Assembly (NCBI GenBank): GCA_965215885.1
Contig: CBDCEW010000018.1
Coordinates: forward strand, 1-38,206
Source of the DNA: Candidatus Moanibacter sp.
GTDB lineage: Bacteria > Verrucomicrobiota > Verrucomicrobiia > Opitutales > UBA2987
Length of the DNA stretch: 38,206 nucleotides
Reading direction: 5' to 3'
Shown here: positions 18,818-27,854 of the stretch, in pieces
Layout: each line of letters begins with the position of its first letter
Numbering within the stretch: position 1 is the first letter of the stretch
The notes under the pieces: model-generated
Databases searched by the model: none
Seen by the model: only the letters and a program-made list of their open reading frames with translations
Told to the model about the DNA's origin: nothing
Made by a program: the position numbers and the translations under genes

Positions 18818-19681
18818 TCAGGTGAAGGTGAGTTCGCTTTCCTCCTTAAAAGGGATTTTCATCAGAGCAATAAGCTTCTCCCGACAGTACTCCTCGACTT
18901 CCAGTATAAGGCTCTCCTGGCGCGACTGCAGAACGTGAATAAAGTACATCAGGACGATACTCAGACAAAGTGCAATGAGAGTGGAATTAAAAGCAAGACC
19001 CAGATTTTCCGTAACCCCCTGGATGTCTCCCCTGATAGCCTGTTCTGCTTTGGTGAGCGCTTGACCAATACCGCGCACAGTTCCTATAAATCCTACTGAT
19101 GGGATTGCCCAGGCGATGTAACGGACGAGGGAGAGATCCGAATCAAGCCTGTCGGCCTCGGAATCAGCCAACTCCCTCAATGACTGGGATACGTCCTGGA
19201 TAGAGTGGGTCGATTGAAAGCGGCGTAATGCAGTGTGGATTACTTGCGGCAGGAGTTTATCTCGCAATTCGGGATTTCGCTGAACGGATGACTCCAGGTA
19301 TTTGGAATGACTGAGAGCTTCCTCGGGAATTATGCGTTCTCCTTCCTCGATCTCAATAAAGGTCTCTCCCATCACTCTCTTCTCCTGGTAGACTTTGGAA
19401 AGCTTGTAGAACACAATAATCATGGCCCAAAGCAGGAGGGTGAAACACACCTGCTGTTCCTCGTCCTTTATTATTGTGAAGAAATTGCGTTCCGGTTCGA
19501 ATTCGCCTCTTCCCGCATCCTGCGCCGCTCTAACCCGGTTGTCCATGGCGACTTTCTCTGCCTGCGGTCGGACGATAAACGAGTAGATCAGGGCGACTAA
19601 TACGATTGAGAATATGAGCCCGGCGAACTGGACGGTGTTTTCCGTCGAGAACAGGCTGTACTTGGTCTTCTTCCCATTCAT
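18818..19681 (-). CDS. MotA/TolQ/ExbB proton-channel family protein
   Basis: Four TM segments; WAIPSVGFIGTVRGIGQAL and LGLAFNSTLIAL family signatures. Confidence 0.9.
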   Translation of the reverse strand: MNGKKTKYSLFSTENTVQFAGLIFSIVLVALIYSFIVRPQAEKVAMDNRVRAAQDAGRGEFEPERNFFTIIKDEEQQVCFTLLLWAMIIVFYKLSKVYQEKRVMGETFIEIEEGERIIPEEALSHSKYLESSVQRNPELRDKLLPQVIHTALRRFQSTHSIQDVSQSLRELADSEADRLDSDLSLVRYIAWAIPSVGFIGTVRGIGQALTKAEQAIRGDIQGVTENLGLAFNSTLIALCLSIVLMYFIHVLQSRQESLILEVEEYCREKLIALMKIPFKEESELTFT

Positions 19682-20171
19682 TTTTCTCTTATCGCAGGAT
19701 CCCCTTCCGGCCGGAATGCGCCCTTTCTGAATCGTCCCTATCGGTTGCTTCCCTTTGCAGTTTCTAAGATCAGCTCGGAATCAAATTGCGTCATTATAAG
19801 AATGGTCGAAAGCGGATTTTATTTCTTCGCCCGGATTCTTTTTTTGGTAATGGCTCGTCTCAGAGGGCATGGTTCGATAAGATGATCTTTTTTCGGCGAG
19901 GAACAAGCATTTTCAGCTCGGTAGTTCGCTACAGCTTGTTGTTGGGAGAATTCCTTAGAAATGCCTGGCGCATCTGCTCAAATTATGACTTGCCTAAAAA
20001 GGCAGGGTTCTATGAATTAGTGATTGCTTAATTGCCCTGTTGCCCCAAGGCTTATGGGCAGGTTTCGCCATTGTGTAGCTTTTTGCGACAATGCCGGAAT
20101 AAAACCAGCCAGACAGCTTCTATATTATTGGGTGTATATTGAAATTTCGGAAGAGGTTTAGTTAGACGATT

Positions 20172-20753
20172 ATGAAAACAGAAATTTCGGGACTAAATAC
20201 GGTTATTGGGGTGCTTCTATTGTTTCCTTTGGTGTTTTTCTCTGGTTGTCAGACCAGTTCTCATACGGCGAAGGGCGCAAGTACCGGGGCGGTTGCCGGG
20301 GGGATCGGAGGCGCCGTGATCGGTCATCAGAGCGGCAAGGGCGGTGAAGGCGCACTTATCGGCGTGGTGGGTGGAGCCGTTATTGGCGGGTTAATTGGAG
20401 CCGCCAAGGATGCAAAACAACGCAGAGATCAGGAAGAGATAGCGCAGGAACGCGCCCACCAGCAGGAGTTGGCAAAAATGCGGGAAATCGAGGCTCGCGA
20501 AAAGATGAGACGTGAAGAGGAGATGGCCATTGCGGAGGGCCTGCGCATTACGGAACGTGAACTTCAATTGGCAAGAACTCGTGCCAGAGCTACGGAGGAG
20601 CGGCTGAGAGCGCTCAAAGAGGAAGTAAAAGAAGCGAAAGACCGAAAGAAGAATCTGGAAGAGGCCAAGACTTCCCAAAAGGCGAATGAGGAAGAGATTC
20701 GCATGCTCGAGGAACAGCTCAGACAGTTTAAAGCGGAGGCAGAGGATATTTGA
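20172..20753 (+). CDS. Glycine-zipper lipoprotein with long coiled coil
   Basis: Lipobox FSGC; GAVAGGIGGAVIG...GALIGVVGGAVIGGLIG; charged heptad-rich C-terminus. Confidence 0.8.
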   Translation: MKTEISGLNTVIGVLLLFPLVFFSGCQTSSHTAKGASTGAVAGGIGGAVIGHQSGKGGEGALIGVVGGAVIGGLIGAAKDAKQRRDQEEIAQERAHQQELAKMREIEAREKMRREEEMAIAEGLRITERELQLARTRARATEERLRALKEEVKEAKDRKKNLEEAKTSQKANEEEIRMLEEQLRQFKAEAEDI

Positions 20754-20778
20754 CAAATTCACTTAACGGCGATACTTT
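20750..20778 (+). promoter_or_regulatory. Putative sigma70 promoter
   Basis: TTGACA-N17-TACTTT, about 60 bp upstream of the ATG at 20839. Confidence 0.5.
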
Positions 20779-20838
20779 TGAGATGTTTTGAAGATATAAC
20801 CAAATTACATAACGACTGCAAAATAAAGGAAATCTGCC

Positions 20839-21555
20839 ATGTCGGACATTAAATTCTCTCGGAGCTTGGCGCTCATTCTTATCCCCGCTCTCCTGCTTGG
20901 AGGGTGCGCATCCCCATACACATTTAAGGTTGACGCAATAAAAAACCCGGATGCCAATGATTACAAGTCTTACAAGATGGTCAGTTCGAATGCGGAGATT
21001 GATGAAAACGATCTCCAGTATAAGGAGGTGGCGGAATATGTGAAGACGACTCTTTCGGCGCAGGGGCTCTATGAAGCGCCTACCGTTGAAAGTGCGGATA
21101 TGGTCGTCGACGTATCTTACGGAGTTGGTGAACCGCAAATCGATTTCAAAACCTATACTACCCCGGTTTATGCCATCCGTGGGGGCGGGACCCGCACCGT
21201 CGCGACTCCGGTGGTCGACAATAAGGGAAACGTCACCTATCGGACTATTACAATTTATGATCCTCCACGGCGCGAAGTGGTCGATTTTGAAGAGAGAATG
21301 GTGCCGATTACAACTTACGAAAAGTACCTGCGTTTAACTGCGCGGGACAATCAGGAAATCGAGGCCAGTGAAGGACCTGCCCAAGTGTGGAGCATTTATG
21401 TGAAAAATAAAGACGAGAGTGATGATCTTCGAAAGTATCTGCCTTTGATGGCCGCTGCCGCGGTTCCCTATGTAGGTGAAAATACGGAGAACCAGGAGGA
21501 GATTAAAATAAAGGAGACGGACGAAGTGGTTGCCTTTGTTAAGGAAGGCATGTAA
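20839..21555 (+). CDS. Lipoprotein, DUF4136-like
   Basis: AAGGA RBS, lipobox LGGC; LSAQGLYEAP...ADMVVDVSYGV pattern. Confidence 0.65.
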   Translation: MSDIKFSRSLALILIPALLLGGCASPYTFKVDAIKNPDANDYKSYKMVSSNAEIDENDLQYKEVAEYVKTTLSAQGLYEAPTVESADMVVDVSYGVGEPQIDFKTYTTPVYAIRGGGTRTVATPVVDNKGNVTYRTITIYDPPRREVVDFEERMVPITTYEKYLRLTARDNQEIEASEGPAQVWSIYVKNKDESDDLRKYLPLMAAAAVPYVGENTENQEEIKIKETDEVVAFVKEGM

Positions 21556-21581
21556 ACGCTCGCGAGATTATTTTCAGTTCT

Positions 21582-22178
21582 TTAAGTCATCAGAGGGTTT
21601 GGCATGTCTGCCAAACCCTCTTTTTTTTGGAATCTCCGTTTTCCTTCCTCGTAGAGATCGCCGCCGTGGATATCGTTGACGACGATAGCGGGAAAGTCCT
21701 CAACTGTCAGACACCGGATTGCTTCGGTGCCGAGATCTTCGTAGTCGATTAGTTCGGATTTCTTGATATGATCCGAAAGCAGCGCCGCGGTACCTTCCAC
21801 AGCTCCGAAATAAACACATCCAAAACGCTTCATAGCTTCGCGCACGGTCACGCTGCGCTTCCCCTTTCCGATCATTCCCCTGAGGCCTCGTTCAATGAGG
21901 AGAGGTGCGTAAGGGTCCATGCGCCCGGCCGTCGTGGGCCCGGCGGATCCGATCACCCGCCCCGGTCGAGCGGGCGTCGGGCCAACGTAGTAGACGATTT
22001 GGCCCGCCGGGTCAAAGGGTAGGTCCACTCCTTCTTTTACGGCATCCGACATGCGCTGGTGGGCGGCATCGCGGGCCGTATAAATTGCCCCCGACAGGAT
22101 CACTCGATCACCCGTGCGCAAACTTGAGACATCCTCGGCGGAGAGTGGTGTCGTCAGTTCTATTCGTTGTGGTTCCAA
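21582..22178 (-). CDS. Fe-S hydro-lyase (fumarate hydratase/L-tartrate dehydratase) beta subunit
   Basis: IYTARDAAH, YYVGP, AGPTTAGRMD, MIGKG, DLGTEAI, NDIHGGDLY. Confidence 0.9.
   Translation of the reverse strand: MEPQRIELTTPLSAEDVSSLRTGDRVILSGAIYTARDAAHQRMSDAVKEGVDLPFDPAGQIVYYVGPTPARPGRVIGSAGPTTAGRMDPYAPLLIERGLRGMIGKGKRSVTVREAMKRFGCVYFGAVEGTAALLSDHIKKSELIDYEDLGTEAIRCLTVEDFPAIVVNDIHGGDLYEEGKRRFQKKEGLADMPNPLMT
21592..21628 (+). terminator. Rho-independent terminator
   Basis: Perfect 13-bp stem AGAGGGTTTGGCA-tgtc-TGCCAAACCCTCT running into a T8 tract, 36 bp after the lipoprotein stop. Confidence 0.9.
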
Positions 22179-22198
22179 AGTCCGACAGGTTCCTAGCC

Positions 22199-23041
22199 CT
22201 AGATTTCCGCTTCCGCGACGCGGTGCGAGTGGCAGTCGATATTTACGGCAACCGGAAAACTCGCGATGTGAGTCGCTCCAGACTCGATGTGAAGGCCGAG
22301 CACTGTCGTGCGGCCCCCGAAACCCGCCGGCCCGATCCCGAGATTATTGATTCGTTCCTTTAAATCACCTTCGACAGCCTCGAGAGTCGGGTCCGGATTG
22401 GGTTTCCCAACCGGCCACAGAAGCGCCTTCTGCGCGAGTAAGGCGGCCTGGGCGAACGGTCCTCCCATACCGATACCCATGACAATGGGAGGGCTCGCGT
22501 TGGGCCCCGCCCGTTCCACCGTATTCACGATGAATTCCCTGGCTGCTTCCAGACCTTCGGTGGGGGTAAACATGCGGGCCGCGCTCATATTGTCGCAGCC
22601 GGCTCCTTTGACGAGGAGCGATATCCTGAAAGAATCCCCAGCGACCACCTCGGTGTTTATCGTCGCTGGAGTATTGTCACCCGTATTGGCGCGGTCGATC
22701 GGTGTGCGGACGAGCGAATTGCGCAGGTACCCTTTCGAATAGCCCTGACGGACACCTTCGTTGGCGGCGTCCCGCAAGTTGCCACCAACAATGCGAACTT
22801 CCTGGCCCAACTCAAAAAAGAGAACGGCGTAACCCGTATCCTGGCAGAATGGAATCCGCTCTTTCTGCGCCACTTCGGCATTTCGCAGGAGCTGTCCGAT
22901 CACCTCCCGGCCGATCTCGGATTCCTCCTCTTGGAACGCATTTTGAAAAGCGGCCACGGTGTCGCAACGAAGGGAACAGTTCCCTTCGATGCAGAGGTCG
23001 CGAATGACCTCGATGATCTTTTTACAGTGAATTTCTCGCAT
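22199..23041 (-). CDS. Fe-S hydro-lyase (fumarate hydratase/L-tartrate dehydratase) alpha subunit
   Basis: PFCQDTG, NTGDNTPA, KGAGCDNMS, GIGPAGFGG, HIASFPVAVNIDCHSHR. Confidence 0.9.
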   Translation of the reverse strand: MREIHCKKIIEVIRDLCIEGNCSLRCDTVAAFQNAFQEEESEIGREVIGQLLRNAEVAQKERIPFCQDTGYAVLFFELGQEVRIVGGNLRDAANEGVRQGYSKGYLRNSLVRTPIDRANTGDNTPATINTEVVAGDSFRISLLVKGAGCDNMSAARMFTPTEGLEAAREFIVNTVERAGPNASPPIVMGIGMGGPFAQAALLAQKALLWPVGKPNPDPTLEAVEGDLKERINNLGIGPAGFGGRTTVLGLHIESGATHIASFPVAVNIDCHSHRVAEAEI

Positions 23042-23514
23042 TAGGCGAACACAAATTGATCCACAGTTTCCGATGCCGGATACGCGCTCTCCTGAGCGAA
23101 CACGAGCGCTTCCTCCGCGGCCTTTTTCGCTACTTCACGGCAGCGCTCCAGTTCTTCCCTGGCGAGGCCCCTCTCTTCCAGGGCCTTTTCAAAGCGGGGA
23201 ATGGGATCAATTCGCATCCACTTCTTTGCCTCTTCCTCGTTTTCGTGCTTTCCACCGGAAATGGCATAGCCGTTGTTTTCGCAGACGAAAATGATGGGTA
23301 GCTCCCAGAGGACGGCCATGTTCAGCGATTCGTAAAAGACGCCTTCACAGAGGGGTCCGTCCCTAACCCTGTCTTCACCAAACTCCTCGTAGAGACCCTT
23401 ATAGACGCCAAAAGTGCCTCCATAGGGGCCGATGTTGTGGCCGAGGAGGATGATGTTCGGATCTCGCCGCATCTCATGGCGGATGCCGGCGTTGATCGCT
23501 TCAGAGAATGTCAT
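23041..23514 (-). pseudogene. Chimeric remnant of TPP-dependent 2-oxoacid dehydrogenase E1 (beta N-terminus joined to alpha C-terminus)
   Basis: First ~58 aa resemble E1-beta (TFSEAIN...[27 protein letters not shown]); the rest resembles E1-alpha ([25 protein letters not shown]...DPIPRF). Only 157 aa. Confidence 0.8.
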
Positions 23515-23564
23515 CGTGGTCGTGCTTATCTATCACCCTTCCGTTGATGGATTCCAGAGATCGC

Positions 23565-24446
23565 TCATGATGGCAGTTCGGTTAGGATTTCGTCAAACTG
23601 TTCAGCCACGAATATACCCGCGCTCCGCAAGGCCTCCGGTTTTCCGCGCACACTGCCTCGCCCTCGTTCGACGATGACGCCGGCATGTCCGAATCGGACA
23701 CCTTCCATATCATCGACGAACCGGCCTGAGAGAAAGGCGTTGATGCGAAGTCGACTTGGCTTCTCCACAAGTCGCTTGGCGAGCTGCTCTTCGGCAGTCC
23801 CGCCTGGCTCGCAGAAAAGAACCACCGCTTTCGTTGCCGGATCCTCTTCCAGTAAATCGATCAATTCAGAAAAATTGGATCCTACTATGGGATCTCCACC
23901 CACTCCAATCGCGATGCTCTGACCAATGCCGTGAGCGCTGAGAAAATTCGCGATCTCCGTCGTCATCCCTCCACTTCTTGAAAGGATTGCGACGGGCCCG
24001 GGGCGGCAGGACTTGCGCACACTGTCGACGCGTCCTCCAATGGTCCCGAGTTTTGCAATCTCTGGCCGTATCAATCCCAGGGTGTTTGGCCCGATAATCC
24101 GACACCCGGCTTCGCGTGCAGCTGCGATGATGCAGCAGGTATCTCTTCGGGGGACCCGCTCCGTCATAATCAGGCAGAGTTTGATGCCGTAAGCGACCGC
24201 CTCTAAGGCGGCGTCGAGAACGGCTGGAGCCGGTACCGAGATCACCGAAATCGTCGGCTCGTGCCCGGTTACCGCAGCCTTGACGGTGTCGTATACGGGA
24301 ACTCCGTGAACCTGCTGTCCCTCTTTCCCAGGGGTGACGCCGGCGACAACGCAGCTGCCGTAGGCGAGGGCTTCACCAACCATCTCCGAGGCTTCGCGCC
24401 CGGTGATTCCCTGAACCATGATCCTATCGTCTGCCCCCACGAACAT
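23565..24446 (-). CDS. Succinyl-CoA synthetase-like ligase, alpha subunit
   Basis: VQGITGR, GVTPGK, IIGPNTLG, SRSGG, GVGGD, FGHAG (phospho-His). ATG at 24446 overlaps the beta-subunit end. Confidence 0.9.
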   Translation of the reverse strand: MFVGADDRIMVQGITGREASEMVGEALAYGSCVVAGVTPGKEGQQVHGVPVYDTVKAAVTGHEPTISVISVPAPAVLDAALEAVAYGIKLCLIMTERVPRRDTCCIIAAAREAGCRIIGPNTLGLIRPEIAKLGTIGGRVDSVRKSCRPGPVAILSRSGGMTTEIANFLSAHGIGQSIAIGVGGDPIVGSNFSELIDLLEEDPATKAVVLFCEPGGTAEEQLAKRLVEKPSRLRINAFLSGRFVDDMEGVRFGHAGVIVERGRGSVRGKPEALRSAGIFVAEQFDEILTELPS

Positions 24447-25635
24447 AGACTTGCGCCTCCTCAACTGCTTTTCGCGCCGCGCTGTCCAGTGAATCCTCAC
24501 GTCCCAGGACGTCCACGCCGGCCTCGCTCATAATTGCTGCCGCTTCCTCTTCCCAGGAGCCCGGGACGCGGAATACGGAAATTGTCTCTTCCGGTTTGCG
24601 ATTTGCTTCGCGGAGGCCGGCCAGTACGTCGCGTGCTACCACATCGGCTCGCGTGTTGTTCACCACATTCATGATCACGGCGAGTCTTCGCACTCCGGGC
24701 TTGGACATGAGAAGAACGGTCAGAGCCGCCACTTTCTCCTCAGTCGGATTTCCACCGATCTCGCAGTAGTTGGCTGGTTCTCCCCCGTATTTCCTGATCG
24801 CGTCAAACACAGTGAGACTCGCTCCGCCCCCACCAATCAGCAAAGCGAGATCGCCGGTGAATTCGACCACGCGACCGGCTACACCCCGGTGATCAGTGAG
24901 GTCGATGCGTTGCGCCTCCAGTTCGAGCGGCGTGGGTGGGCGCCCAAGGGATGTCGTGATCAGACGACCCAGGGGCGCCAACCGTTCCCTCTGCCGAAAG
25001 AGCGCATCGTCCTCAATTTCGACGTGGGCGTCGAGTCCGGTATACTCTCCTTCGCCCGATTCCACGAGTGGATTGATCTCCGCGACTACGGCATCGCAGG
25101 ACAGGAATGCCCTGGCCAGTCTCGACAGTATGTCACCGATTCGGATGAGGGCTTTTCCTCTGAAATTCGCTTCACTCGCCAGCTCGCGCGCCGCAAACAG
25201 CGGCAGGCCGTCTCGTGGGTCAAAATGTCGGCGCACCAATTCGGATTCGTGAGCGCTCTCCACTTCAACACCGCCCTTTATTCCCAGGAGTGCGACCGGC
25301 AATTTAGTACCCGTATCCCAAGCCATCCCAAGGTAATACTCGGTCGATACGTCCATTCTGCGCTCGATCGAGACTGTTTCCGCGACGTGCGAACCCACCT
25401 TTTCTCCGAGGAGTGATTCAGCCGCCTGTCGAGCTTCCTCAAGCGTATTCGCGAATTTTACCGCCCCAGCTTTGGCTCGGCCCCCAACCGGCACCTGCGC
25501 TTTGACCACGGAGGGTAGACCTGATCGCTCAACCGCTGACGCCACCTCCCCGGTGCTGGAAACAAGCGACCATTCGTTGAAGGGCAGTCCAAACGTGGAG
25601 AGAAGAGTCTTTCCCTGATGCTCAAGTAGCCTCAC
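24424..25635 (-). CDS. Succinyl-CoA synthetase-like ligase, beta subunit (ATP-grasp)
   Basis: LLEHQGK, VVKAQVPVGGRAKAGAV, EINPL, DDALFRQ, PANYCEIGG; divergent IGGGGAS and NVVNNTRAD segments. Confidence 0.9.
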   Translation of the reverse strand: MRLLEHQGKTLLSTFGLPFNEWSLVSSTGEVASAVERSGLPSVVKAQVPVGGRAKAGAVKFANTLEEARQAAESLLGEKVGSHVAETVSIERRMDVSTEYYLGMAWDTGTKLPVALLGIKGGVEVESAHESELVRRHFDPRDGLPLFAARELASEANFRGKALIRIGDILSRLARAFLSCDAVVAEINPLVESGEGEYTGLDAHVEIEDDALFRQRERLAPLGRLITTSLGRPPTPLELEAQRIDLTDHRGVAGRVVEFTGDLALLIGGGGASLTVFDAIRKYGGEPANYCEIGGNPTEEKVAALTVLLMSKPGVRRLAVIMNVVNNTRADVVARDVLAGLREANRKPEETISVFRVPGSWEEEAAAIMSEAGVDVLGREDSLDSAARKAVEEAQVYVRGGRR

Positions 25636-25717
25636 CTTTTATCTCCTGCTGCGCAGTCTCCAGAAACCGCGCTGCTTCCGCTCCGTCGACTATCCGATGA
25701 TCAACGGCGAGAGTAAA
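25622..25717 (-). pseudogene. C-terminal remnant of 2-oxoacid dehydrogenase E2 acyltransferase
   Basis: Reads FTLAVDHRIVDGAEAARFLETAQQEIKGEAT-stop (catalytic DHRxxDG motif), directly preceded by an in-frame TAG. Confidence 0.8.
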
Positions 25718-26026
25718 CTAGGCAGATTCTTTTCCGTTTCCAGCGTCAGTTGCGCGACCATCCGCAAGGCTTCGTGTTTGGCAAGGGCGCGGGCCAATCG
25801 AATGATCTTCCGCATGGAACGAGCTCCCATCCTGCCAGCCGCTTCAAGCCCGCGTCGGTCTCGCCCTATGCGCCCGAAATAGGGGTTTTTTGATCATGCA
25901 GCAAATTGCCTGTAAGGAAGACTGCTTGTCAATGCCTGAATATATTCGAGGTGGCACTACCTCTGGCCAGCTGTTCCGGTGTCTTTAATGAGAATCGATT
26001 ATTATTTTCAATTTCTTGAAAATTAA

Positions 26027-27491
26027 GCCTCGTCAGCAGAATCTGTGGATTATTTCGGGTTCAGGCAAGTCGCCCATGGTATGAAATAGGGCGATCTTAA
26101 GCACTTCGAAGCTCTTAAAAGCCGTATGCTTTTCTGATAGTGAGATTTATATTGCGGTTAAAGCCCTCCACAATGCCGCAGGAAAAGGCCTTTTTGGCCC
26201 GAAACCAGTTGAGATGAGCGGCTCGTGTTTGCGCACCGAGCGCACGAACCTTTTGATCGGTTTGAGGCGCGAACGCATGGCGCGCGTGCACCATTTTTTC
26301 AGATACCATTGGGCCCAGTAGGGACTTTTATAATGCCACAAGAGCTGAAAGCTCTCCTTTAGTAGATAGGCCCGCACGCTCTTCAGATCGTATTGGAGCA
26401 CCTCCTTGAGGCGGATCTGTTGGGTGGGGGTGAGATTTTGCGGATTTTTGAAGAAACAGTATTTGCTTTTGACCAGCACGTTGATGTAGCCGTCCCGTTG
26501 CAATCGCCTGGCTTCCGCAGCACGAATCTCATTGAGGGCCTTGTTCAGGTTGGCTACCAAGTGGAAGCGATCGAGGATGTGCAGCGCCTGGGGTGCCTTT
26601 TTCTTGATCACTTTGAGGTAAGGCTTCCACAGATCCGAGCAGACGTAGAGGATCTGGAATTCCCAGAAAAAACGCAAGAGCGATTTTACGTTGCGCTTAT
26701 TGAATACGCCCAATAGCCGCCGCCGCCCCTCGTCAAGCTGGTAGACCACGGTGAGATAGTGATGGCCTCGATGATACTGCACCTCATCGACTCCGATCGC
26801 CTCAATCCCGCTCATATCGCGCCGTTTGAGCCCCCAACGCACCATCGCCTCGACCGACTCGAAGACGTTGCGCCAGTTCGTGCGAAAAACCCTTGCCGTC
26901 TCTTCCCAGCTCAAGCGCCTCGCCCACTGGGCCAGAAACCATTGCATTGGCCAACTCAGATGACTCTTGCCCTTGGCCCAGGGCACCTCTTCGACCTTCA
27001 CCCCGCACCGCCGGCAATTGACCCGCCGCATGCGGTAACGAAAATACACCTTCATCCCCCACAAGGGCACAAATTCAAAATGCCTCGCCTCGCTCATGTG
27101 GTCGTAGCCGCTGGCCGTCCGGCCACACCCCGAACAGCACACCCGACTATTCTTGCGCGGCTCAATCTGCACCACAATCGCCTCCACCGATTTCACCATT
27201 TCCATACTCGCCTTTGCGTAAACAAAGCTCTTGAGCCAATAGCACCGATTCAGTAGCGTTTTGATGAGCACTGGGTCCTCCGTGTTCAGGATGTATTTTC
27301 GGTACTACTTTCATCCTCGGAACGGCCCGGTGCTTCAACCTTTCAATCCCATATGCAAAGAAAACACCGACCAGCCCCTCCGGCTGTGGAGGAGCGGGAT
27401 TCAGGGCAGCGCCCTGACTTCTCCTTGTGCTCACCGACTCTATTTCCTCTTGTAAGCGACGTTACCCACCCACAGATTCTGCTGTAGACCC
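26027..27491 (-). mobile_element. ISL3-family insertion sequence (1465 bp), degenerate
   Basis: IRs GCCTCGTCAGCAGAATCTGTGG / GGGTCTACAGCAGAATCTGTGG; 8-bp TSD AAAATTAA at 26019-26026 and 27492-27499. Confidence 0.92.
26033..27271 (-). pseudogene. ISL3 transposase with frameshifts
   Basis: CxxC zinc finger, IGVDE, CSDLWKPY, LDRFH. The C-terminus (LNWF...VEGFN...AYGF / KSFEVLKIALFHTMGDLPEPEIIHRFC) needs two frameshifts, near 26215 and 26117. Confidence 0.85.
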
Positions 27492-27603
27492 AAAATTAAA
27501 AATAGGGAAAAACATGAACCGCAAGCTACTCTTGGATGCATGCTCAGAGATTGTCCCTTGACTGTAAACGGCGGCCTTTATTCCATCCGCTGAAGGGAGT
27601 TGC

Positions 27604-27690
27604 ATGAGAATAATATCCGTTAAGGCCCACCCGCTGGAGTATCCGGAGCCGCATGACCGCGTATCAGTCATGGAGTCGATGTTGCCGAGG
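27604..27690 (+). pseudogene. Possible N-terminal fragment of an enolase-superfamily (mandelate racemase-like) gene
   Basis: GGGAG RBS then MRIISVKAHPLEYPEPHD, stopping after 28 codons. Confidence 0.35.
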
Positions 27691-27854
27691 TAGAGGCTTG
27701 CAGGCAGTTAGTGAATACCGTCGCGCAGGACTTCGGACGGCTTGACATCCTCGTGAATAATGCAGGAATCTGTCCTCGTCTCTCCTTTGCCGATTCGACA
27801 GAGGAAGACTGGGAGAAACTCATGAGCGTAAAACCTTCTCCGGATACCCAATGA
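27669..27854 (+). pseudogene. Internal fragment of a short-chain dehydrogenase/reductase
   Basis: DVAEVEACRQLVNTVAQDFGRLDILVNNAGICPRLSFADSTEEDWEKLMSV (NNAG motif); no Gly-rich start or YxxxK. Confidence 0.8.

Noticed and set aside
15168..19681. Zorya anti-phage system, flagellar stator or Ton/Tol system
   Set aside because: The MotA-like protein is 287 aa with no long ZorA tail, the partners carry vWA rather than OmpA/ExbD domains, and no zorC/D/E, flagellar, tonB or tolAB/pal genes are in the window.
23565..25635. Assigning the symbols sucC/sucD
   Set aside because: Family membership is clear, but divergent substrate-region motifs and the gene context make succinate specificity uncertain.
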